Positions 40,490 to 55,356 of a stretch of 64,000 nucleotides of DNA are shown here, piece by piece. Both the position numbers and the translations under genes were made by a program. Source of the DNA: Octopus vulgaris (lineage: Eukaryota); contig CATOCA020000001.1 of NCBI GenBank assembly GCA_951406725.2, positions 3,100,001 to 3,164,000 of the forward strand, read 5' to 3'. Within the stretch, counting starts at the first letter, position 1. Each line of letters begins with the position of its first letter. The notes below the pieces were generated by a model. That model had not been told where the DNA came from and searched no databases. It saw nothing but the letters and a program-made list of their open reading frames with translations.

Positions 40490-41780
40490 TACGAGGGGCG
40501 TTCAATATGTAATGCCCCTGACCCACTTCCCATAGCAGTAGAGCAACGACACTTGGCACAGTTATTAGTATTTTTTTACATAGGAAGCACCCAGAGATAC
40601 GCATTTCTCCCATTGTTTGATGCAGCTCTAGAGACCGATTTGTAGAAGACCCCAGCTTGGTCCTCCAACCACGACGTGACTTCAGAAATCAAGGCTGCAT
40701 CATCTGGGAAACGCTCTCCTTTCAAAAACAACTTCATGACTGAGAAGAGGTGAAAATCAGAGAGTGCAAGGTCAGGAAAGTAGGGGTATGGGGAGGAGTT
40801 CATAGCCATACACCTGTGCTTCTGATCTGGCGACAAGCGAGTTGTGGACCGGAGCGTTGTCTTGCAGGAGGAGGATGCCTTTGCTGATCTTGCCCCGCCT
40901 CTTGATTTTGATAACTTCTCTTAATTTCCTCAAACGTGAAGCATAATAGGCTCCTGCAATTGTGGTACCCTTTGTCAGGAAATCTGTCATCACTACTCCG
41001 TTCTGGTCCCAGAAGACTGTGAGCATGACCTTGCCAGCGGAGGGCTGCACCCTTGCCTTCTTTGGAGGGGGTGAGTCACGGTGCTTCCACTGCATTGACT
41101 GGGCTTTGGTCTCTGGATCATCGTAATGGACCCAGGTTTCATCCTGTGTAATCAGTCTTTTGAAAAATTTTGACTCATCTTCTTGGCACATCTCCAAATT
41201 TACCCTCGAGCACTCGACGCGTTCTTGCTTCTGGAAAGGCGTGAGCAACCTGGGAATCCATCTGGCAGACACCTTTTGCATATGCAAATGGTCATGAATG
41301 ATAGTTTCCATAGACCCGGTACTAATCTTTACCTCATGGGCTATTTGACGAATAATTATGCGTCGATCTTCCAAAATGGCAGCCTCAACTTGACGGACAG
41401 ATGCCTCATCAATGGCTGAAGGGGCGACCAAATCTGGGAGCTGTTTCCACAGAGTTCCGACCATGTTTGAATTCACGATGTCAGCGTTTTACAAGGTCAT
41501 ATGATGGGGCATCATCACCATAAGTTACTTTCATTTCATCAAAAGTCTCCCGTGGTGTGCGTCCTTTCAAATACAAATACCGGATCACTGCTCGACACTC
41601 AACAGGCTCCATTTAACACTTGACTCGGTTCAAACACCTGTAAATCAGAAACCACAATTAATTCAGTGCTGTAATTTGCCACTTACTCAATAGAGATATA
41701 AATGATTGCACATGCAAAATTTCAGCTAGATCAAAAAATGCAAGTGGGTCAGAGGCAGTACTTATTGAACGTCCCTCGTA
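40490..41780 (-). mobile_element. Full-length defective mariner in intron 3
   Basis: TIRs tacgaggggcgttcaatatgta..ctgacccact / agtgggtcag..ttattgaacgtccctcgta with TA at both ends. Transposase from ATG ~41612 (MEPVECRAVIRYL), WIPRLL, TQDETW, QDNAP, PDLA..DF; one premature stop and frameshifts. Confidence 0.93.
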
Positions 41781-41789
41781 TATATATGT

Positions 41790-41866
<77 letters not shown>

Positions 41867-41899
41867 TGTGCGTGTGTGTGTGTGTTATGTGTGTCTGTG

Positions 41900-42112
41900 T
41901 GTACATGCGCGTGTTTCTGTGTCTGTGTTTGTCCCCAACATCGCTTGACAACCGATGCTGGTGTGTTTACGTCCCCGTAAACTAGCGTTTCTGCAAAAGA
42001 AACTAATAAAATAAGTACTAGGCTTCCTGGGGTCGATTTGCTCGACTGACGGCAGTGTTCCAGCATGGCCATAGTCACATGACTGAAACAAATAAAAGAA
42101 TAAAAGAATAAA
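41900..42112 (+). mobile_element. SINE 3' half
   Basis: cgcttgacaaccgatgctggtg..ccagcatggcc..tgactgaaac. Confidence 0.75.
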
Positions 42113-42438
42113 TGTAACTATGAACACACACACACGCGAACACACACATATACACACACACACACACATTTTGCTGCTCTATGTGTTTATTTATTGAGTT
42201 GTTCATCCTATATGCGTGTGTTTCTGTTTGTGTGTATATAAATATATTTATATGTACACATGTATGTGTGTATATACAATAGAAATCTCTATTACCTACT
42301 CCCCACCCCAATCATTCCACCTGTTTAATTAATTTAATTCTTCTCTTCTCTTTTCCTGTGAGTTTTTCTTTTAATTCTTCACCACCCGACTCCCCTTTCA
42401 GACACCATTTTTAATGTTTTTATTCTTTTCTTTTTCAG

Positions 42439-42593
42439 ATCAATGCACGGTCTAATGATGGTCAAACACCGCTGCACTTGGCCTGTTCGCAGGGACACTT
42501 GCCCACTGTCAACATTTTGTTGGGTCACAATGGCATCGATGCCAATGTGGTGAACAACGATGGAGACACACCACTGCATGTGGCAGTTCAGGA
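42439..42593 (+). CDS. ANK-RING gene exon 4
   Basis: ttttcag acceptor; INARSNDGQTPLHLACSQGHLPTVNILLGHNGIDANVVNNDGDTPLHVAVQ(E); GTAAGT donor, phase 2. Confidence 0.92.
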
Positions 42594-43576
42594 GTAAGTC
42601 CCCATTGGATCTGGAATATCCAAATCTGTTTCTTTTATGTTTTCAATAATGTTTGTTTCTTTTTCATTCAGTCATTCATGTCATAATCCCACCATGGGGT
42701 CATTGTCTTTCTTCTCTCTTTCGCACTGAAATAACACTGTAATCTGCTCCATTAATTAATCATCACCATAATTGTTATTGTTGTTGCCTGACTGGACTCT
42801 TTACTTCATCTCGTTCTCCATTTCCTCAACGTCACAGGTTCAAATCCTCTCTCTTCTTCCTTTCATCCCATCTAGAACTACTTTCTCTCTCTCTCTCTCT
42901 CTCTCTTTCTTCCTCACTCTCTCTCCTTTGTAGTTTCCCTATTTACTCCGACCCTGGGCCAAATACAGAATCATCCCCTTACAGTATTTACATTTGTCTC
43001 TTTTATGTTCCATGTTCAAATCCTACCAGAATATTTACTATCAATCTGGGGTCAATATAATCTGTACCAGTAATACCCAGGGGTTCCTTTACTAAACTGT
43101 CTTCCTTCTTTTCTCCAGTTCTTGTTTCTTATTACTTTTGAAGAAAATAAATGGTGTTATTTTCTTTACGATTTTTATGTTCAGAGTTCAAATCCTGCCA
43201 AGGTCAACTTCTCTTTCTATCCTTTCTAGGTTGATAAAATACAATACCAGTCATGTACTGGGGTTCATATGATTACCTGTAGCCCTTCTTTCCTTCCTAA
43301 ATTTCATGTTTATATAAGCTGTCAGAATTCTTAGCAGTATTTTTCCTGTCTTTACATTTCTGGGTTTACTCAGGTGTGTATATAACATTGTTCTACTGTG
43401 TAGAGTGTGTATTGAATAAATATATATGTGTGTGAGTATGTACGTAATAATTGCGGTAATTAAGTTCTTGTGACCTAATTACATTTGTTTTCTTTAATGA
43501 CCTAATTACTATTATCTCAAGTTGTGTGATGTTTGCTTTTTTTTCATGCTTTTCTTTCCTCATCTATTACTTTCAG

Positions 43577-43613
43577 GCGAGATTATAAATTGGTGTCTCT
43601 ATTGCTGAACCAG
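43577..43613 (+). CDS. ANK-RING gene exon 5 (37-nt micro-exon)
   Basis: tactttcag acceptor; GA+G=Glu then RDYKLVSLLLNQ completes ankyrin helix 2; GTTAGT donor. Needed to reconcile phase 2 to phase 0. Confidence 0.85.
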
Positions 43614-43907
43614 GTTAGTTAATAAATACATATTATATACACTCTCCAGTATTATATTGATCTGTATAATATAAATATTATCAAGGTACCAGTAAAATAA
43701 TGGGGATATATTTAATCACTTGTACTACAAAACCCTTGTGTTTGTGGAGGAATTGTACATTGATCATGTTGATGTTGATATTAGCGGTGTGGACAGTCCA
43801 ACTGACCACCACCACTGATAATAATATCTTTAATGGTGAAATAAAACAAGGCTATTATGAGATGAACCAAAATATAATAGATATCATGTATATACATATA
43901 TATACAT

Positions 43908-43973
<66 letters not shown>

Positions 43974-45233
43974 GTGTGAATGATTGTGTATAGAAGAATA
44001 TATTAATAAGAATTCCAACCTTGTCTGATTTTCACGTTTTATTTACAATCTTATAATGATATATTATAAGATGATATATTATAATTGAATAAAATAAAAT
44101 AAAATGAAATAGTAGAATGTTAAATGTTCATTCTGATTGAACTAGTACTTTCATGCATTGAATTCTGCAATCTTCGGGTTCATGTAGTAGTGTTGACAGT
44201 CATGCTTCACAATTTTTGACTGTAGCAAGATGATTGAATCTGTGCTATAAATACAGCTGGGTAGGCTCCAGAGTGCTAGGTTTTGCAAACTGTATTCTGA
44301 CCAATCAGTGTGTAGTATCACTCAATTACTTAAGCTGATTGGTTGGTTGAGCTGATTGGTCTAGGCATCACGCTTTGTTGGACATGTCAAGAGTCCTGTA
44401 TCTTGACCCTGGCCGAAGCAGCAATTGTTGGGTTATTTTTAGAAATGTTGTAAATATCCTTTGTCAGAGATTTTTATATTTTTATATTTCAATTGTCATC
44501 ATCATCATTGTCAGCACCTTAATTATTGTTGCTAGTGGTAATGGTGGTGGCAATAGAACTTTTAACCCTAAATAAGATAATTTTCCTGCTATCTTCATCT
44601 TGATCACCTTTAGTATTGTTGTTGTTGTTAGTGGTCATGGTCGTAGCAGTGGAAGTAATACCTCTAAGTATTATTATTATTGCTTATTTAGCTTGGTTCG
44701 AATTTATCAATAAAATTCTTTTCTCTGATTCTCCTCTCGATTTCACTTGGGCTGTGTAATTTGTAGAACATAATCTTCGAATTTGGTAAATAATTTTCTT
44801 CTATATATATATATATATAAATTAAGTATTTTAGACATTTGCCTGCGGCCATGCTGGGGCATCATCGAATTTTTAGTCAAATGTATCGATCCCAGTACTT
44901 TTTTTATTTTAACATATCACTTATCCTCTCAGCCTCTTTACCGAACCACTACACACACACACATACACAAACACTCACTCACACACACACACACATACAC
45001 AAACACTCACTCTCACACACACACATAGGCACACACATAGACACACATATGTTATGAAGCTTCTTTCAGTTTTCATTTCCCAAATCCGCTTATAAGATTT
45101 TGTTCAGCCCTAGGTAAGGGTAGAATATACTTGCCTGAGTTTCCATGTAGAGGGATTCAACGTGGAAGAGTGTATGGCTGGGAAAAAAGCTCCTTACACT
45201 ACAACCATATATGGATGTGTGTGTCTATCTATT

Positions 45234-45337
<104 letters not shown>

Positions 45338-45762
45338 ACTCTCTCTCTCTCTCTCTGTCTATCTATCTATGTATATATATACACCCACAGACAATGAACA
45401 CCATCGTACTTGCTTGGCTCAGATAGATTTTCTTGATGCAGATTTACCGCAGCTGGATGCTCTCCCTATCGCCAACCTTCTCTTCTTCTTTTCAAGGAAG
45501 CTAACATTTGCCAAGAACTAGACATGTTCCCGCAGAATGTTGGAAATAAGAGACCCTGCTTATATGACATTGGAACTCATTTACAACTATCACACACATG
45601 TCAAGACAAAATACACTCACACACACATATAACACATACACACACGTATACGCACACACATACAAGATGAATACTCATAAATATATATATATATATACAT
45701 ACACACACAAAGAAGTCTGTGTGTGTGCCTATATATATGTATGGATATATACATACATACAC

Positions 45763-45793
<31 letters not shown>

Positions 45794-45830
45794 GGTGTAT
45801 GTCTATGCGTAGGAATATGTATATATTTAT

Positions 45831-45865
<35 letters not shown>

Positions 45866-46262
45866 CATATGAAGTAAGAAATTATAAGATGAATATATTT
45901 CTTTCACCAGTTACATCGTTTCACAGAAATCTTTGCGTATGATAAATCTTTTTACATGTCTGCATTAGTGTATAGGTTATAAATCATACAGTGCCATCGT
46001 ACAATTTACAAAGTAAAACAGGTATAAATGACAAGCACCTCAGTTCATAGAATATCATGTTTACATCCATTCTTCAATGCAATATACATATACAAGAACA
46101 GAATTTTATTTTCAAAATATTAATGTATGGAAGACACTAATTTACAAAACAGTTTTTTATAGAAGAGAGAAGGAGATTTAGTAAGATATCAAAAAGGAAG
46201 CAGTAAATATACATACATGCATATACACTTATATATATATACATATACATATATATGTATGT

Positions 46263-46780
46263 AAAAAATTGGGGTGGTTTATGGGATTACCCTAGGTTTC
46301 CCATTCATAAAGGGTTTAGCTTTTTACACCATCGTAAGACCCCAAAACCTGTTGGCCTAAAACCTCTTCAAAATATGGAAGGGGAAAAGCCTTGGATTTA
46401 CGTTTTCTGCAAACGATCCTTTTCAGCTCCCTGGCAAGAGATCATCCCAGTGACCATGTGGTTTCTATTAAATACCTCACCATTGAAGCGTTTCTACATA
46501 TTCACTGAAACCATGGGTCTCCCATAAATATGAAAGAATTTGACCTCGGATACTCCAGCAATAACATCCCCACGTCATCCAACGAACTATACACCCGTAT
46601 GCAGCTGGAAAAGTTGCATACTGTATTAGGCGTATGAGGTGAAGGGCTTTTCCACCCTCCATATTTAGAAGAGGTCTTAGGTCAACAGGTTTTGGGATCT
46701 AATGATACGCCCTGAAGCTAAATCCTTTTTGGACCGGAAACCAAGGGTAATCCTGGAAACCGACCTTCCCCAGTTTTAAA
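46263..46780. mobile_element. MITE-like element with ~140-bp imperfect TIRs
   Basis: cccaaaacctgttggcctaaaacctcttc..atatgga pairs with tccatat..gaagaggtcttaggtcaacaggttttggg; ggattaccctaggtttcc pairs with ggaaaccaagggtaatcc. Confidence 0.75.
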
Positions 46781-47954
46781 ATATACACTGCTCTACATCT
46801 TAGAGTGTGCTTCTTCTCCGGATTTATCTTTTCTACAATCAAAACATATATATACATAGATATGTCATTATTCAGTTTATTTGAAGGTATATTATTTTTC
46901 ACTTTATATCAACATCCGCTGGACAGCTAATTTCCACAACTGTGCACAGTTTCTCTATGTATGTATGTATGTATGTATGTATGCATGCATGCATGCATGT
47001 ATGTCCGCACACACACACATACACACACACGTGATATAATTGTCACTTAGTCTACCTCAGGAATTTCACGGTTTTTTGAGTTTAATTACAAATGAGGGAT
47101 TGGGAAATGGAGTATTGACCCATTTTGCATCGGACCCTTGTGGGTTGGATACTGTACAATTGGATGTGTTGCATCATCCGGTGCAGATGCATCTCATCTG
47201 GTGTCTTGTTTTACAGAAGAAACCTCACTAAATATTCTCGGTTTCGCTTGGCATGTTGTTGCCAGGAGGTTGATGGCTATAATGCTATAATCCAAGAACC
47301 TACTGACAACAACAACATACCAAGCGACACTGAGAACTCTCCCACCCGCAAGGAATCGATGCAAGAGGGGTCAAACCAGTTGTTGTGATGAATAAAGTTT
47401 CTCGTGAACTTCATTTTACATATTCCTCATTCAACATATATATTTTTACATCCAACAGTAATGTATATAAATCTCTCTCTCTTTCTCCCTATATATGTAT
47501 ATATATATATATATATATATTTGAGTGTGTATCTGTGTATGTGTGTGTGCACGCGCATTAATTTCATGGTGGTGGACACTAACCACCTCAACAGTTTTAT
47601 GAACCTCTTATTAATTATAGCAACATCAAAAGTATACTTTAGAAATTTCAATTCTTCTTTACTAGTCTTGATCTGTTAATCATGTGTTCACTCGTGTTCA
47701 GCTCCCCTAAAACTTACTATAGTTAGGAAGAAAGGTAGATTAAGCTGAAACAATCTATTTAAGACATCTTTATCCTGTCTAGAACACATTCTCATAGCAA
47801 CATCTAGAGGATCTTACGAAGGTTGATTTTACGGACAAACATCAAATGTACATGATCAGTTTGATCAAGTATACAGTAGAAGACAATAATGACACATTGA
47901 TATCCATCCTGATTTTCATGTAAATTTTCATTTTCTATTTTTACTTCCACAAAG

Positions 47955-48164
47955 GGTTCACTTCAGTTGGACATTAAGAACAAAATGGAAAGGACACCAT
48001 TGCTTGAAGCCGTTTCCCAGGGTCACCTCGGAATGACACACCTGTTAATAGCCCTGGGTGCAAATGTAAATGCTGTTGATGGTGAAGGTAACAGCTGTTT
48101 GCACCTAGCCATGGCAACAGAAAAGTTTAATTCCGAGGGTGCACCCTTGGATTTACTAAACGAA
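47955..48164 (+). CDS. ANK-RING gene exon 6
   Basis: ccacaaag acceptor (an in-frame alternative cttcag starts the exon at 47967); GSLQLDIKNKMERTPLLEAVSQGHLGMTHLLIALGANVNAVDGEGNSCLHLAMATEKFNSEGAPLDLLNE; GTAAGT donor, phase 0. Confidence 0.9.
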
Positions 48165-49795
48165 GTAAGTTTTAAAATTGTTTGTGTATATACATGCGTG
48201 TGTGTCTGTGTGTGTGTGTCTGTGTGTGTCTGTGTGTGTGAGTGTGTGTGTGTCTGTGTGATTTTGTATATTTGGGAGTCTTTGTGGGAGTGTGAGAGAG
48301 AGAGACAGGCAGACAGACAAACTTTGCTTGTCATGTATCAATTCTCCCCTATCAACCCCATCCTCCATTACCATTCCGTGATCCAGTCTCCCCTTGTGAC
48401 CCGAGTGATATTATGTAACAAACAATATTCCATCTCCTTTCACTCTCAAAGATGTCGTCTCACCACGGTCGAGAGGTGACCCATCTCGGTTGTTAGCCAT
48501 ATAAACACAGCCATCACAATGTGACGGAGAAGTGGCCTATTTAATAGAGGAGATATTATTCTCAATTAACAATGATGCAGGATAGAAGAGATGTCTGAGC
48601 TTTATAGTGCTGGTGCCATGGTAAATACATCCAGTCCATTCTATGAAGAATTCTGAGTGAAACTGCTCTCTATCCTACTTCTTGTACACGACATGAATCC
48701 ACTGACTTCTTGTGGACATGTCATAACAATGCTCAATGTTAAGACACTAGAGAATGAATACAATAAATCATGGTCCTCAGTGAGTTTTCCTGTATTTAAG
48801 TTCTGTACTTAGGCACACACACACTCATGCACACATACATACACACCCACACACACACAATCACACAGATAAACACACACAAGTAATGATTTTGAGTTTG
48901 AGTATATATCTTGTAAAATGCTGTTTTAAGCCCGTTTACTGTATTCGGCTATCTGATGTCATCAACAGTATGGACTTCAATACTACTGGACTTTTTGCTG
49001 TCATCTCATAAATGAAGCAGTTTTTTATAATTCTTATATTTTTTCAAAATTAAGATAAACAAAGTACTTTTTTCTGTTGATCTAAAACATATTCTCCTTC
49101 ATTTTCCATCTATCTGGTAGACTTGCAAGTCACCTCTTCCAAAATTCACTTGTCCGTGATTAAAAATACTCCTGTATTACTCTTCTGACTTGACACTAAT
49201 TCTTGCTTCCTTTACTTTACCGTCATCATTCAAAGATGCTTCTTGCTTAATTATGGAAACATTATTGATATGTTTGGTTATGTCTGTGTGGTATTGACTT
49301 TGTTATGTTATAGGTGTTTTTGTTTCTGATATAACTTATGTTCTTTCTTCTCATGTTGTGTTATATTTATATATACAATACTCTTTCTTATGGCCACATG
49401 ATCACCTTTATCAAACCAATTATATAGGTAGGTTCTTGTTGGTTTGTTCTTCCTATATTTGACTTTTCTATTGAATATATTGTGATATTTGTGATTGACA
49501 AGTAAACATTAACTCATTAATTAACAATAAGCTTGATGTTAATCAATACGGTTTGTCCTGCTCAATGTAATGACAATATATTTAAAGTGTGTCTCAGTGT
49601 TGAAAATAAAGTAAAAACATGAAAATGGGAAATGGATTCATTTAAAGATTATGTAGGAACTCAATATTTTGTAATTGCTTTAATTAGTGGATAAACAACC
49701 TATGAGTAAATTTAGATTAACTTTTGTGTAATTAGGGGCATTTGTTTTGAATATTTGTGTAATATTGTCATCATTTTATATTTCATCATTTGTAG

Positions 49796-49971
49796 TGCTG
49801 CACTGCCCTTAACCTGAAAATGGAGGAAAGGCTCTCTGGTATAGTGGTTGCGAGATATCTCGCCAGCAAGGGAGCGGACCTTCACCATAAAAACAACAAA
49901 AATAACACACCATTGGACCTCATTAAGGACCCAAATTTGAGAAAAAAAAAAGAAACATGTTTACCACCACA
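49796..49971 (+). CDS. ANK-RING gene exon 7
   Basis: catttgtag acceptor; CCTALNLKMEERLSGIVVARYLASKGADLHHKNNKNNTPLDLIKDPNLRKKKETCLPP(Q), resembling the last MIB ankyrin repeat (xxFLAxxGADLxxxNxxGxTPLDL); GTAAGT donor, phase 2. Confidence 0.88.
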
Positions 49972-50684
49972 GTAAGTATTTCCTGGCAATGGAACAGATA
50001 AACCAGTACATTTTCTATTTTGTATATAATCATGTTTATATGTTTATTTCGTTTTAATTCTACCAATACATTATACTGTCGCTAGTGTTTTTGTCAAACG
50101 TCACACAATAAACAATATGCAGTTGTTAGGAGATCAAAGAAAGAACATGATTTTGATTACATTCACATGATTCGTAGTGTTGACATTTATACTTCACTGT
50201 CCATCACCACCTTCCTTGCCTCGTTCCCTATTTTAAAGATTTGTGATCAATACGAAAATATAGATCTAAATAATGAAGTGAATGAATTCCATTTTGAAAC
50301 TGTTACTTAGAATTAAGTGGAATTTATCTGTCTACCAACATCTTTTTCTCACTCTTCTAAGTCCGAATCAGTCAATATTACGAATGATTTCATAGAAAAA
50401 TAACCTACAAACACACACCAACTGTGTATATATTATATTTCTGCAAATACTGATGGAATATTGCCACATATCTTCATAGAAAAAAAAAGCTGTCAGGAAA
50501 CGTAAATAATTCAAGTAACACATATACCATTACTAGGTGTTTTAGTCGCCTTTCACTCCCGTATTTTATAAGGTTTGGCAATTTCTTTGCCATACATCTC
50601 TCTGTATTAGCTACTTAAGAAGCAGACACATTTCCCCCTCAGCGAATATACAAAACTTTCTTTGTCTGTTGAAATTCATATATC

Positions 50685-50870
50685 ACTCTTTTACTTGACC
50701 GCGGCCATGCTGGAGCACTGCCTTTAGTCGATAAAATCGACCCCAGAACTTATTCTTTGTAAGCCTAGTACTTATTTGCCGAAACGCTAGATTACGGGAA
50801 TGTAAACACACCAACATCGGTTGTGAAGCGATGGTGGAGGGACAAACACAGACAGACAAATACACACACA

Positions 50871-50910
<40 letters not shown>

Positions 50911-51075
50911 GCGACGGGCTCCTTTCAGTTTCCCTCTACCAAATCCACTCAAAAAGCATTGGTCAGTCCGAAGCTATAGTATAAGTCACTTGCCCAAAAT
51001 GCCACGCAGTGGGACTGAACCCAGAACCATGTGGTTGGTAAGCAAGCTACTTACCACACATCTACTCCTGAGCCT
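50685..51075 (-). mobile_element. tRNA-derived SINE
   Basis: Reverse complement of the 7588 family. Confidence 0.82.
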
Positions 51076-51189
51076 ATTGTTCATAGATATTGATTTTTGG
51101 TCTGTATAAATATTGATCTGTTTTCTTCAATTGACAAGCCTCAGAAGATTTTCTCTACTTTTACAAATGATCGTTTTTGTGAATGTTGT

Positions 51190-51434
<245 letters not shown>

Positions 51435-51923
51435 GCCTATAGAGCGCAGGTGATATTATTGGAAAGGGGCAAAATAAGGGACAGAAAACTAGAACTACAT
51501 GCACGATACATATAATAAAGCATCCCAAAATCATGGTGGAAAATATCTCATCAGCATTGCCCAAATGATGTTGGCATCAGCTTTAAGATATACCCAAGGC
51601 CTGGGCCCCGTATTATCTGCCCACAGCATAAATCAAACTCGCATCACATAACAACAATACGGCAAAATTATTTCACCTCAAGTGGCCCCACTCCATTTAG
51701 CATGACACCAAAATACATTAAAGCAGAAAAAGACCCCCATAAAGTTCAAGAAGTATTTTCAAATATCCTTCAAGAAATCCCGGATAAAACTCCAACACCA
51801 GGATATTTCCCCGTAAACATCAACTCTCTCCTCGAGTGGGTCATGTTGTCCGCATCCTGATTCACCCGGTAGTGGGATTACGTTAAACATGACCTGCGCT
51901 AATACTGGCCCAAACCTATCATG

Positions 51924-51977
<54 letters not shown>

Positions 51978-52711
51978 AGACATATCATCATCATCATCAT
52001 CATCATCATCGTTTAACATCCGTTTTCCGTGCTAGCATGGGTTGGACGAAAATATATATATAAGTAATATTCGTAGGCACGCCAACATGAGTATCTGTCC
52101 GAATAGACTCTACTGCGAATGTTTAACCCCAAGAGAACAACTCCTCTAGCTAATTAATGATGCAGCGGTGCATCCGATTAATTGCGAGCAGGGGATCGAA
52201 CCCCTACCATCTTATAGCAACAGGACCAGCAGACCAGGTCTGATTTCAGGCTATTCCTGCCACTGCTCAGTACTGGACACCTCATCTGCTAATCTGTGGA
52301 GACAGGATGTATATAATAAAGTGTATATAATAAAGTATGTGTATATAAAGAAATCTGTGTAGATATATTTGTTCAGAAGAAATGAGTTCGATGTTAGAAG
52401 TGAAATATATTTCTGAAATATATGCAGTTCACTGTGTGTCAACCAATTTCTATGATGTATCAGGGTCAAGACAAACCTTTATCAATGTATGTATGCATGT
52501 GTGTGTATACTTGTATGTGTGTGTGTGTGTGTTTATGCGTCATTTAACAACACAAAATGCTGTATCTATGTAATTGTTTAAAGAAAAGTTTCTGCTCTAC
52601 TCTTGGTAGTTACTGATGTATCTTATAATATTCTCTATTCCGAACATGTAAATAATATAATATTTGTTATAAATGAATGTTATTGATTGGATATTTCTGT
52701 TTTGTCCACAG

Positions 52712-52854
52712 ATGTTTGCGCTGCAGAAATAAAGCGGCCACAACAAAAGTCCATCCATGTGGACACCTTGTAATATGTAAGGGATGTTCAAACGTTCCAC
52801 TTCAACAATGTCTGAAGTGTTTAAAACCTGTAATAACAGGCAGAGGTCGAGTTG
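52712..52854 (+). CDS. ANK-RING gene exon 8 (C3HC4 RING finger)
   Basis: gtccacag acceptor; CLRCRNKAATTKVHPCGHLVICKGCSNVPLQQCLKC = C-x2-C-x11-C-x-H-x3-C-x2-C-x7-C-x2-C; GTAAGA donor, phase 1. Confidence 0.9.
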
Positions 52855-53945
52855 GTAAGAATATTCTTTGCTGATCTGTCTGTTTGTCCTGCTTGTCCCA
52901 TTGCCCTTATTGTGTAGAATAATATACTTCATGTTGTTATGTAGACAGAGGTCTGCCATAATCTGGCAGATTTATGATAAAAGGTGTTCCTAGTGTCTGT
53001 TCTCTGTAATAGTATATCTCTCACACTACATCCACTAAACATTGACCTTATCCAAGTAGGAAACATGTCACACTTCAAGAGTGTTGTAGTCTGCAACATA
53101 AAGATAATGGACGATTCTGCAAGATAATTAGTGGGTAACTGAAGTATCAATAAATCTCCATCAACTCTATAATTAATTATCAGTTGTTAGAAGATAAGTA
53201 AATACAACAGTACTTACAAGGACATCAGTGTCATCTTTGGCAAAGTATTAAATTCAGTAGAATATTTTAAAGGAGTAAAATTATATGTCACTAGTTTGAG
53301 AGACTTTAACACACAATTCCATGTTGTTATGTTTGTAATTGGAGGATCTTAAGGCTAATAGAGACAGTTTTGTTTGTCAACCAACCAGATCATGAAACCT
53401 TCAAATATATCCTGAATAAGATGACATTCTGGTGAACTGTGAAGTTAAAATTAAAGATTATCAGCAACAATGTTTAACAAAGAGATTAGGTGTATATTTC
53501 TCCTTCTTGAAGTGGTTGTGACATGTATTTGTTGTTATATCTTTGATGAATAAATATGTTGACACTGGAATCAAACAGGTTGTTAGTGAAGATTAGAGTT
53601 TTGAGAATACATTTAGGGTTATAGATATAAGCAAGGAAACCAAAACCTACAGATAAACTGTTATTAGGTGATAATTAAGTGATATAATTACAGCATTGTT
53701 AGATTATGTAGGATATCTTAACAGAGAGAGGAAATTTACAAAGATCAACTAGAGTTCGTTTTGGAGCTAAATATTGGCTATTACATGGGTCCACTGTTGA
53801 AAGTATGAAAATATTGACCAAAACAATTATGATCGCTGGTTGGCCATTGATGGTATGAATGTTTCTCATTAATAAAATATAGATTATTAATAAATATAAA
53901 GGGATTGTGCTATAAATAAATATAAAACTTGGAGACATATTTCAG

Positions 53946-54025
53946 AGAGTCCAAAGTTTGAAGAGAAGGGAGTGCAGACTGTGGCAGAGACAGTTGATGA
54001 GTTTAAAATTAGAGATCTTAATTAA
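53946..54025 (+). CDS. ANK-RING gene putative terminal exon 9 (cassette 1)
   Basis: atatttcag acceptor, phase 1; ESPKFEEKGVQTVAETVDEFKIRDLN then TAA at 54023-54025. Total CDS is 1194 nt = 397 aa + stop. Confidence 0.6.
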
Positions 54026-55356
54026 TTTCTATAGATTTTACATTCACCTCAGCTATTTTGCTTATTAGAATGGTGGAGAACAAATCCCATCTCTAATTTC
54101 CATTTGAAAGTTTAGCTCTAAAGTAATTGTATTAAAAATATGAAATTTCATAAAGTCATGGTTAACGTGTTTGGTAAAAAGGATAAATTAAAAGCCACAA
54201 TAGAGTTAATATTGTCTTCTGGAAGAGGGAACTATAATTCTTTTTTTACGTGTAAACTCCTAAGTTAATAAGATAGTTGTTTGTTTTTCTACTAAGATTT
54301 TTCGTAAGTTTTCTGATAGGTTATTCTTGATGTTGTTATGTCGCCAGATGTCTGTCGTAATATGTTGTATTTTCTGAGGTTGTGTACCCTCAATGTCTCT
54401 GGCTAGAATACATTTTGTAGTTGCAAATTAGAAAATTATAATTAAATATTAACTCTGCATAAGAATATTCATCATGAACTTCATTTTATTAAATGTTAAA
54501 TTAAATATTGAACCGTGAACATCTGTTTATATTTAAACAAATTATTAGTGTTTATACAAAATATACAATCAGAAATTGAATATGACTTGAACACACAAAT
54601 CCCTGTTTGTAACTATATATAATATACACTTATTACATTGTTTGAACAACATTTACCATCCATATAGTCATTCTTTTTCTCACTCTTGTTAGATTTTAGA
54701 TGATATTAATGCTAAAAGAGGCACAGTTTTCTGAGTGTTTCACCCTTTGGTCTTGATTGCGTTCAAATTTTGTCATAGCATCATCATATACCCTTACCTT
54801 ACATTTTATATCTTGTTAGGGATCATGTTGGGGAAGTGTGTATGCAATTTGGCTTGTGGAGATATTTTTAGGGGACAGATAGTGTTGCGGAGTGGAGGGT
54901 ATACACATAAAGGACATGTCTTTATGGGCTCAGTTTCACTTAATTAGAGAGGAATGTTGATTAGTGAATTCTAGAGATGAGAGGACTGTGCCATGCCATA
55001 GATTTGGCACAGTTATAAGAAAAGAAAGACAAAGCTAAGAGAAAACTGTCATCAAGTGTTAATTAAATGAGATAATTGCAACATTGTTAGAATATTTAAT
55101 GTGTTTTTAGAGAGAGAGATAGATATAGAGAGAGAGGGTGGATTTAGAAATGTTAGTCTGTTTTATTGTGGACATATTGAGTTATTACATGGGACCACTG
55201 TAGAAAGTACAGAAATATTGACCAAAACCATAATGGTCAACAGTTGACCAGTAACGACAGAAATTGAATGTCTCACAATAACAAGATAGAGTTTAATAAA
55301 AATAAAGATGAAGAAATTTTATTTTTAAATGCAAAACTTGTAAATGTTTATTTCAG

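Noticed and set aside
40772-41476. Domesticated SETMAR-like gene
   Set aside because: Bounded by TIRs and TA, with a premature stop and frameshifts and no SET domain; an ordinary dead mariner.
52215-52300. Hammerhead-like CAGAUGAGG...CCUGAAAU on the minus strand
   Set aside because: Core is altered and no valid stem III / NUH triplet could be built.
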